Source: Leidyana gryllorum EB-2025a
Taxonomy: Eukaryota > Protista > Apicomplexa
Length of the DNA: 10,032 nt
Assembly (NCBI GenBank): GCA_048772705.1
Contig: JBLWGC010000099.1
Span: 1 to 10,032, forward strand
Direction of reading: 5' to 3'
In this document: positions 1-7,308 of the stretch, in pieces
Numbering within the stretch: position 1 is the stretch's first letter
Layout of the letters: every line of letters starts with the position of its first letter
Program-made: the position numbers and the translations under genes
The notes under the pieces: generated by a model
What the model was told of the DNA's origin: nothing
Seen by the model: the letters and a program-made list of their open reading frames with translations, nothing else
Database searches by the model: none

Positions 1-22
1 ACAAGTCGTTTGTGTTGTGGTG

Positions 23-95
23 TACCAGTTAGTGCAATGGGAAGTGTCTTGTGCTCGCAACCTGGAGGTCGCAGGATCGAATCCACGGCCCTGCA
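23..95 (+). pseudogene. Degenerate tRNA-like module 1 (resembles decayed initiator tRNA-Met)
   Basis: A box TAGTGCAATGG (30-40), anticodon-loop-like CT-CGC-AA (54-60), variable loop AGGTC (66-70) and B box GGATCGAATCC (74-84) at canonical tRNA spacing. The ATCG T-loop and GGAAG D-loop resemble eukaryotic tRNA-iMet. Acceptor, anticodon and T stems pair poorly. Confidence 0.65.
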
Positions 96-147
96 CTTCG
101 CCCTTGGCTAGCCACCTCGACCGGCACATGGCTGCCCTTAGTATTGT

Positions 148-219
148 GATCCAGTAGTGCAGTGGTAACTACTCGGACTTGGGACCCGCAGGTCGGCGGA
201 TCGAATCCCACCTCGGACA
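148..219 (+). pseudogene. Degenerate tRNA-like module 2
   Basis: A box TAGTGCAGTGG (155-165), loop CT-TGG-GA (178-184), AGGTC (190-194), B box GGATCGAATCC (198-208). Only about 3/5 pairs in both the anticodon and T stems. Confidence 0.7.
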
Positions 220-362
220 ACTGTGCCAAGACCCCCAGGTGACGGGTGAGGGCAGGTCGAGGATGGAGGACGGGTGGGGGAGCCCCCAGGAGGCCCCACA
301 GCGTCGTACACGCACGTCTAAGCTGCACACTGGTCTGCAGTGCCACGACATGTTCGGCGACT

Positions 363-435
363 GCGCCAATAGCACAATGGTAATGACTACGGACTTATGT
401 TCTGAAGGTCGGTGGTTCGAGTCTCCCCGCGGACA
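363..435 (+). pseudogene. Degenerate tRNA-like module 3
   Basis: A box TAGCACAATGG (370-380), loop CT-TAT-GT (394-400), AGGTC (406-410), B box GGTTCGAGTC (414-423). Shares TGGTAA, CGGACTT, AGGTCGG and CGGACAA with module 2. The acceptor stem does not pair. Confidence 0.7.
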
Positions 436-582
436 AGCCTGACTCCACGGCATTGTCAACGGGACTGGCTGCTTAAGGTAAGTCTTATCCATACGTGTGC
501 AGGTGAAGGCTGTACACGCGCGCGCCAAGACATTTGAGCCTTAGCTGTAGCACATAGGTAGCGTTAGGTCCAACTTAGATGC

Positions 583-587
583 TTTTT
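583..587 (+). terminator. Putative RNA polymerase III terminator (TTTTT)
   Basis: First run of 4 or more T on the + strand of the window, downstream of all tRNA-like modules. Followed by a 21-nt purine tract (588-608). Confidence 0.35.
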
Positions 588-829
588 AGAAAAGGAAAAA
601 AGGGGGAACGAACTCGACAGTCGGCACTCACCCTGGAGCACAACAGTTTGAACTCGTACATATCGTTCCAGCGCAATTGCACGCAAGATTGATGCAATTG
701 GTCCGTTCTACTTATCACATTCACGATAGGTTGCTAACTATTCCATCAATAAATAAATCTCACAGAAACAATGGGTACGGGGAAGCGCCCGAGCGAAGCG
801 ACAAGGGCGCTCCACACACCCCATCAATA

Positions 830-1685
830 CTTCTTCACGCACACTATTACTCAACGTACATATCAGCCTTAACATCCCGCTCGTACACTAACAATCCGAA
901 TACCCATAACTCTTAGCATATATACACTCTCTCAATGTTTTATAGCAAACAACTGACCACCACCCTCTTACCACACCTCGAACTACATCACAATTGTCAA
1001 TATACTCCTATTAACCTACCTATCATTAGCCAAATTCATGTCGCCCGAATCAACACTCAAATCCTATGCATAACGTGACTCCATCCGCATATTCTTACAA
1101 ATTCCCATTCACTCCAATAAATAATGTCCACGATACGCATTGGACTCATGACATTCTTCTCAACACTCTCAATTCAACTTGAATCTCATTGATTCCCCTA
1201 TATCTAGCATTACAAGCTTTTATACGTCTACAAATACTCCCTCAATCAACGAGCGAATCGCGAACTCACTCTAGACCCCTCACAGCCTAACAGACAAACC
1301 ATCTAAACCAATATCACTCACACATAACCTTCCAAGTTGCTCCACATTCACTTTAGCAAACTGAGCATACTACACATCACAGCACAGTTACCAAAATACA
1401 CGCCATACACTCATACAATCATGCATCTCCAGCTCATATAGTCTCACAAATCAATACATAACAAGCACGATACCTGTCAACATACTAAGCAACACAACTA
1501 CATCGTCACAGTCTTTTATTAGCACAATACACACCACATCAGACCTTACTTGCGCACGCTACAGCAACCGCAACGTGTAGAGAATTGAAAGCTAAACATT
1601 CGCAAACACGCAAACACAGTACAATTCAGCGATAAACAAGCACATAAACCACATAATCCAAAAGCAAACAGCAGTCACAACAGCC
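830..1685. other. Non-coding, strongly G-poor (A/C-rich) tract
   Basis: G counts per 60-nt line at 841-1080 are 5, 4, 2 and 7. No credible ORF. Short degenerate motifs recur (CACTCTCAAT-like, CAATAAATAA, CACGATA). Confidence 0.6.
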
Positions 1686-1728
1686 ATGGAAGCCGACCGA
1701 AACGCCGAACCAAAGGTTACAGGCAAAC

Positions 1729-1963
1729 TAGTTCCTTCGATCCCTCCTCCAATGGCATCTGCCAGAAGCCTGAATAACAATCTAAACTTGTATAGCGACT
1801 CTTTCCGGCTATGTTCTGCAATTGATCCCAGATCAGAGGAAGCGGATACGAGTCTGCTTTCATCAACTTATTCAGTGGTCGGTAATCGATACACAGTCGC
1901 CAGGACCCGTCCTTCTTCCTGATGAACACTGGCACACTCCCCCACGCTGACTTGCTGGGTCGG
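1729..1963 (-). pseudogene. pol: Element C: truncated Ty3/gypsy reverse transcriptase fragment
   Basis: RPSKSAWGSVPVFIRKKDGSWRLCIDYRPLN...YPLP...SLDCYSGFWQMPLEEGSKEL is the N-terminal part of a gypsy RT. Homology starts exactly at the edge of the element A LTR (1963/1964) and stops after SKEL, where the expected TAF motif is absent. Confidence 0.92.
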
Positions 1964-2312
1964 TGTAATGGTCGTCCGGTTCGGGGGGGGTGTCGGTAAG
2001 TTCCCGACCACCACGTAATTGCATCCGCGGTAAGTCCGTTGTTGGTTCGTTCGTCATATCTATTCAGGTTCGGCACGCAAGTAAAAAGCACACGCGTAAG
2101 TCACTAACTGTGTGTCCTCCCGTGTCTCCGTGCGTGCCGGCCGGCACGAGACGGAGACACAGACACCTCGGCATATTGGCCCTGGCCAAATGCTGTCAGT
2201 CGGTTCGCCGTAGGCGCAAGAGTCGTCCTCCAAGCACTGTCCCATCGTTTGGGCAGAGTTGTGTTGGACGGTCTAGCAAGGGGGTGTGGGAGTTGGGTAA
2301 CGCTAGATTACA
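1964..2312 (-). repeat. Element A 3' LTR (349 bp)
   Basis: Begins TGTAAT immediately after the PPT on the - strand and ends ATTACA (6-bp terminal inverted repeat), exactly where the element C RT homology resumes. The partner LTR is not in the window. Confidence 0.85.
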
Positions 2313-2322
2313 CCCCTCCCCC
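2313..2322 (-). promoter_or_regulatory. Element A polypurine tract (PPT)
   Basis: GGGGGAGGGG on the - strand abutting the TG of the LTR. Confidence 0.88.
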
Positions 2323-3084
2323 GCCACTTCCCTGTACGGCGCCTCGGGGTGTGCTCGGTTCCAGTCAAGCTTGAACTGCTCAATGAGGTCATGGCCGTCC
2401 CCGTCGAGCACAACGTGAGCCGGTTCCCATGTTGCGTCGCTCTCCGGGTAACTCATCCATTTCACTAAGTATTCGACCCCACCCGTCGGGGAGATGCGTT
2501 CGCCAAGGAGTCGTTCCATCATGAAGAGGGGGGCGGCGGCGGTTGGCTGTCGGTCGGGATCTGCTGAGGACGGGTTGCGGTGGAACGGTTCAAGACGAGA
2601 CACATGGAATTTCGGGTAGATATTCCACGCTGCTGGGCATTCTAGAGTGTACGTGTCGCCACTGTGCGCTGCTAGGACTGTGAGTGGTCCGAAATACGGG
2701 AGACGAAGTTTCGTGGGAGGTGAGTGGTGAAGATTTCTGGTGGAGAGTAACACCTGGTCTCCTGGTTCGAAACGCAGAGGTCTGCGTCGTTTGTCGGCTT
2801 GCTCCTTCTGCTGTTGTGCGGCGTGATCGAGGCGATCTCTGGCCTCCTGTAAACGTTGGGAGAAAAGTTTGAAAGTGAGCGAATGCTGACTCGGAAGTAC
2901 ATCCCGTGAGGGTAGGAAGCCGGGGCGCCCAGTGTCTAACTCAAAAGGTGAGGCTCGCGTGGAGGCATGTCGTGCTGTATTGTATGCTATCTCGATGGTT
3001 GTTAAATGTTGGCTCCAATGATGCCCTACCCCTTCCAGCGTGCAGCGCATCAGCTGTAGTATAGCTCGATTGACCCGTTCGACC

Positions 3085-3088
3085 ATCC
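3085..3088 (+). repeat. Left target-site duplication of element B (ATCC)
   Basis: ATCC directly precedes the LTR start TGTAAG and is repeated at 7309-7312. Confidence 0.92.
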
Positions 3089-3327
3089 TGTAAGGGTCTT
3101 AGAAGACCCACACAACGAACCCTGTTTCCTTTTAGCTGTATCCTTTTTAGTTACACGAAACCCGGGCGTCTCCGAACACACGGAGACACCGGCACACAGA
3201 CACGGAACCCAGACTAGAATGACAGTGACTACACGCTCTAAGAAACGATCTATCCTTCCCAAGAAACTCACCAAGAAGACTAGGCCGGTAGCCCCAGCAG
3301 ACGTAGATCACGAACCAGAAACTTACA
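3089..3327 (+). repeat. Element B 5' LTR (239 bp)
   Basis: TGTAAG...CTTACA. Direct repeat of 7070-7308 with two transitions (A3155/G7136 and T3171/C7152). Confidence 0.97.
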
Positions 3328-4310
3328 CTGGTAGCAGTGACTACGAACATTTCGACCAGACAAGAACCCCGTATCAGACGAATAGCGGTGTGCCCGACTG
3401 GGCGAAGGACATCAAGCTGGTCAGCCAGCTGGCAGGGTCCTTCTCCGGCACCCAGAACCCCCGGACACATCTGGATAATCTCGGAGCAGCGTTCGACACC
3501 TTGCTCATCCCGATGGAAACACGCACGCGCATTGCGTGCGGAACGCTCAAGGATTCGGCCGCTCGGTGGCTGAACACGGTCAGTCAGAAACAGGATGTGC
3601 GCGGCCTCCACTGGCCTCAGTTCTGCGCCACCTTTTTGAAAGAATTCGGATGCACAACCCGCTCGGATCTGGAGGAACTCATGGATCTCACGGCGGAACG
3701 TGATAATTTATTGACCTTTGTGCAGAAGTTTAGAGAGCTTAGAAGGGGCCTGCCGAACCTGCAGGACGACCAGATGCTACACGTCATCCGCCGGGCTCTG
3801 ACACCGAACTTGCGGGACTTGCTCATGAGTAGAAACCCGCACTGCTCCGACGACGCCCTCGAGTTCATCGCGGACCTCGGCCGGCAGTATAACCACGCCC
3901 AGCGCCACACAACCAGGGCGCTAGTAGCGCGCACAAAAAGAGTAGGGCACAAGATTCCGCATACTCGAGAGCATTGCCAACGAAACGGCCTCTGCTTCAC
4001 GTGCGGAGAGGCTGGACATATAGCCCCGAAGTGCCCACACAGAGGCAGAACCGGACAACCACCCCGTAGGGCTTTCCCCGCACAGGAATCCGAAATTGAG
4101 GCCGAGGCGTCCGAAGCGGCGGATTTTTTTGAAAATGGCTCCGTTACAGCCATCGAATACTGTGACGGAGCCCAGCAACCACGCCAAACAGCAATCAACC
4201 CTGACCTACCTAGCGGGAACGAAGCAACGCGCCATAGTTCGATGGCACTTTCACGGATCCGCCTCCTCACGCACTGCGCTATGCCTGATCGATACCGGCG
4301 CGGACATTAA
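3219..4310 (+). CDS. gag: Element B Gag (capsid-like region plus CCHC zinc knuckle); native stop probably near 4132
   Basis: FSG..NP, A.RW and W..F...FL.EF retrotransposon-gag pattern, plus CFTCGEAGHIAPKC knuckle (3993-4034). The ATG lies inside the 5' LTR. The C-terminal ~60 aa probably result from a 1-nt loss in the T run at 4124-4130. Confidence 0.9.
   Translation: MTVTTRSKKRSILPKKLTKKTRPVAPADVDHEPETYTGSSDYEHFDQTRTPYQTNSGVPDWAKDIKLVSQLAGSFSGTQNPRTHLDNLGAAFDTLLIPMETRTRIACGTLKDSAARWLNTVSQKQDVRGLHWPQFCATFLKEFGCTTRSDLEELMDLTAERDNLLTFVQKFRELRRGLPNLQDDQMLHVIRRALTPNLRDLLMSRNPHCSDDALEFIADLGRQYNHAQRHTTRALVARTKRVGHKIPHTREHCQRNGLCFTCGEAGHIAPKCPHRGRTGQPPRRAFPAQESEIEAEASEAADFFENGSVTAIEYCDGAQQPRQTAINPDLPSGNEATRHSSMALSRIRLLTHCAMPDRYRRGH
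3329..3339 (+). promoter_or_regulatory. Element B primer-binding site, probably tRNA-iMet
   Basis: TGGTAGCAGTG lies 1 nt after the LTR and is complementary to a tRNA ending CTGCTACCA, typical of eukaryotic initiator tRNA-Met. The 3' extent is uncertain without the host tRNA. Confidence 0.8.
4121..4245 (+). promoter_or_regulatory. Element B gag-pol ribosomal frameshift signal (slippery site plus stem/pseudoknot)
   Basis: G GAT TTT TTT in the gag frame, 6-nt spacer, 13-bp stem 4137-4149/4160-4172, and loop CCATCGAA complementary to TTCGATGG (4238-4245). Confidence 0.75.
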
Positions 4311-4812
4311 CATGATGGATGTGGCCTTGGCGGATAAACTGGATTTAGCGGTCGATGCTGGGGATGCCCCAAGGGTCTCCGGAATAGGCCAGCAAACAAC
4401 AAAAGGAGTGACCACAGCCACCTTCCGCACGAACACAGACAGATCACACAGCCTGAAATTCTACGTGGCTCAGCTAGACCCCTTCGAAGCGATAATTGGG
4501 ATTCCCGGTATCAGGCAACTCAAACTTGCGGTTGGGACCAACGCACAAGGGGACATTACCATTCTCGAACAGACCCAACTCGAAGGCGACTCAGCACTGG
4601 CGGCCATCCAGATACGAAGCGCGACAGCGATGACTGTCCAGATACCCTCGACGGAAGCCTGGATAGTCTCTGAGTTTGCTCAAATCTTCAAGGAGAACGA
4701 TCAGTTGCCCCCCTCGAGGGGCTTCTTTGATTTCGAAATCCAATTAGTGGCGGACGCGAAACCTCATTTCGAGAGAGCTTACGCCTGCAGCGAGACCCAA
4801 CGACTTAACTGA
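4123..4812 (+). pseudogene. pol: Element B pol segment 1: aspartic protease
   Basis: CLIDTGADIN active site, AIIGIPG, then LPPSR..DFEI.L. The frame is broken at ~4807 by an apparent 1-nt deletion. Confidence 0.92.
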
Positions 4813-6767
4813 ACCGACAGGTAGAGGAGTTACTCAAACTCGGCAGAATAAGCCCATCCAAATCGGAATGGGGCGCCCCTTGTTTCCTCGTACCGAAGAA
4901 GGATAACCCGGTACCGAGGATGGTGATCAACTACAAGCGCCTGAATGATCAGACGGTGCCGTACTCGTACCCCATACCCCGGGCCGATCTGGCCGCTCAT
5001 GCTCTACGAGGCGCCCGCATTTTCTCGAAACTCGATCTACAATCGGGTTACCACCAGATAGCTATTCGACCGGAGTTCCAACACCTGACCGCCTTCTGGA
5101 GCCCAGCCGGCAAATTCCACTGGAACGTTTTGCCCTTCGGATTGCGGAATGCCCCTCCAGCCTTTGTAGCCTTCATAGAACATATACTGAAGGACTTGAT
5201 CAACGTCTGCGTGATAGCCTACGTTGACGATATCCTCGTTTACAGCCGAGACACCGCTTCCCACCGCAGGGACCTCAGACAAGTACTACAAACCCTGGCA
5301 GACCACCAGTTATTCGTGCATCCAAAGAAATCACGATTTTTCCTCACCGAAGTGAGCTTCATAGGCCACCACCTGGACGAGCGGGGTGTACACCCATCCC
5401 CCGAGAAACACGACGCCTTGAAAAACCTGCCCCAGCCAACAACGATGGGCGACCTGCGGAAGATAGTTGGCGCCATGACATACTACTCCAAGTACATACC
5501 GAGGTTTGCGGCGCTCGCAGCACCCCTGCACTCAATGATCAACCAATGCTCAAAGAAGAGCGAAAGACTTGAATGGACACCGGTGAACACGATGGCCTGG
5601 AATCGACTGAAGGACGCTTTCGGACAAGACCTCACCTTAGGTGTGATTGACGACAAGTTACCCTTTCATGTTACAACGGACGCCAGCGACCTTGCAGTCG
5701 GCGGGACCTTAGAGCAGTGGGCGCAAGGGGGGCGAGAAATTTTGGAGCACTTCAGCATTCAATTGAACCCCACCCAACGCAACTGGGCCGTACATGAGCG
5801 CGAATTGTGGGCGATCCTCTCAGCACTTAAACGATGGAAGCACTATCTGCTGAGTAAAGAGTTCTATGTCCACACGGACCATAAGCCGCTCGCGGTGCTC
5901 ACCACCGGATCGGGTGCCCTTAGCCACAAAGTTGTACGCTGGCTAGTGAAGATTTCCCAATACCCCACACGAATTGACCACATCCCCGGAAAAGACAATC
6001 TTCTTGCAGACCTACTTAGCAGGGCGAGCGCGTCCCCAGAACCGACTCGCCAACTGGCGATGGCCATCCAGGTGACAGGAACCGATTTCACGGACAGACT
6101 CAAATCCGCCCTGAACGAAATGACAGAAGTTCCGACAGGATACCAACGAGTGGGCGACTTCGTATGTGACGAATTTGGCCGCATATTCGTACCCGGGCGA
6201 AGCGACCTAAGGATGCTGATAATTGGCGAGAATCACGAGTCGAATCTGGCGGGTCACCTAGCACAAGACAAAACCCTGCTGAGGGTCAAGGCGCATTTCA
6301 ACTGGCCAGGTGTCACAGAAGACGTTCGCAAGTACTGCACCGAGTGCCCCACGTGTCAACGCACCAAAATCCCCACAACTAGGACTCCGGGGTTACTGAA
6401 CCCAATGAACCCCCCATCTCACCCATGGGAAGAGGTCTCGATCGACCTACTGACCTTACCGTCGGATCCCACCACAGGAGAAGACTGCGTTCTGACCATC
6501 ATTGACAGACTCACGCGCCGGATCCTCATCGAGCCATGCACTCACACAGTGTCAAGTCAGGCTTGCGCGGCAATCATAATGAAGCGACTTGTACGGGAAC
6601 ACGGCTTCCCAGAAGTGATTGTTTCAGATCGAGACAAGCGCTGGCTCAATGAGCTATGGGAAGAGATGCTTAGGGCAGCGGGTACCAAGCTCAAGCCCAG
6701 CACCCGAGGGCACCCGCAGACAAATGGACTGCTTGAAAGGGCCCATCGAACGATTCTGCAGATGCTT
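4809..6767 (+). pseudogene. pol: Element B pol segment 2: RT, RNase H and integrase (HHCC plus core)
   Basis: The frame is open from 4809 (LNRQVEELLKLGRISPSKSEWGAP), upstream of the ORF-track start at 4920. Motifs: LDLQSGYHQI, LPFGLRNAP, YVDD (5220), TDAS, TDHKPL, H..H..CPTC, SIDLL, SDRD, HPQTNGLLER. Homology ends at QML. Confidence 0.96.
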
Positions 6768-6771
6768 ACGC

Positions 6772-7074
6772 CGATTTCACACATCCCGGCTGAAGAAATT
6801 CGTCGGCACACCGCCCGAAGAACCCCCAGAGGTTTTCATAATGGACAAGGTCCTAGCGCAACGGCTGGATGACAACGGACTCCATTTCCTAATTCAGTGG
6901 GAGGGCTACTCCAGGGACGACGCCACCTGGGAACCAGCTCAAAATGTACTCGACGCAGACGGGGGCGATCTCGTCATAGCCTACCGAAGAGAATGGAACA
7001 CCAAACGAGGCGTGGTACCCTTCACCGAAAGCGAGCTGCGGGGCGAGGACTTACTGGCAGGGGGAGGAGTGTAA
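6772..7074 (+). pseudogene. pol: Element B pol segment 3: end of GPY/F region plus chromodomain
   Basis: RFHTSRLKKF followed by FIMDKVL..FLIQWEGYSRDDATWEP (from 6835). The stop TAA (7072-7074) is inside the 3' LTR. Out of frame with segment 2 because of an internal deletion. Confidence 0.92.
7059..7069 (+). promoter_or_regulatory. Element B polypurine tract (PPT)
   Basis: AGGGGGAGGAG abutting the TG of the 3' LTR. Confidence 0.92.
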
Positions 7075-7308
7075 GGGTCTTAGAAGACCCACACAACGAA
7101 CCCTGTTTCCTTTTAGCTGTATCCTTTTTAGTTACGCGAAACCCGGGCGTCCCCGAACACACGGAGACACCGGCACACAGACACGGAACCCAGACTAGAA
7201 TGACAGTGACTACACGCTCTAAGAAACGATCTATCCTTCCCAAGAAACTCACCAAGAAGACTAGGCCGGTAGCCCCAGCAGACGTAGATCACGAACCAGA
7301 AACTTACA
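7070..7308 (+). repeat. Element B 3' LTR (239 bp)
   Basis: Direct repeat of 3089-3327 with TGTAAG...CTTACA termini. Confidence 0.97.

Larger units (their letters stand above)
2196..3088 (-). pseudogene. pol: Element A pol, C-terminal part: integrase core end, GPY/F motif and chromodomain
   Basis: VERVNRAI (catalytic E), AYNTARHAST..SPF, KL..PYFGP, FHVSRL, and chromodomain FMMERLL..EYLVKWMSYPESDATWEP (2525-2421). The frame reads through the PPT into the LTR to a stop at 2196. Confidence 0.93.
3089..7308 (+). mobile_element. Element B: Ty3/gypsy chromovirus-type LTR retrotransposon (4220 bp), both LTRs present, internally defective
   Basis: Paired LTRs, TSD, PBS, gag, PR-RT-RH-IN-chromodomain order and PPT. 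Confidence 0.97.

Noticed and set aside
23-435. Functional tRNA genes (Ala-CGC, Pro-TGG, Ile-TAT)
   Set aside because: Acceptor, anticodon and T stems have multiple non-pairing positions, so canonical cloverleaves cannot form.
29-916. ORFs 29-346, 169-528, 179-442 and 677-916
   Set aside because: No recognisable motifs. They overlap tRNA-like or compositionally biased non-coding DNA.
830-1685. Mitochondrial insertion (NUMT), suggested by L-strand-like composition
   Set aside because: No recognisable mitochondrial protein, rRNA or tRNA features.
1717-2091. 124-aa ORF as a real gene
   Set aside because: It is a chance fusion of element A LTR sequence (first ~43 aa) with the element C RT fragment.
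4133-4310. Genuine C-terminal extension of Gag
   Set aside because: It overlaps the protease frame and would vanish with one additional T in the slippery run.
3050-6811. Antisense or alternative-frame ORFs within element B (e.g. 3147-3611, 3617-4270, 5864-6184)
   Set aside because: They are shadow ORFs of GC-rich gag/pol coding sequence with no motifs.
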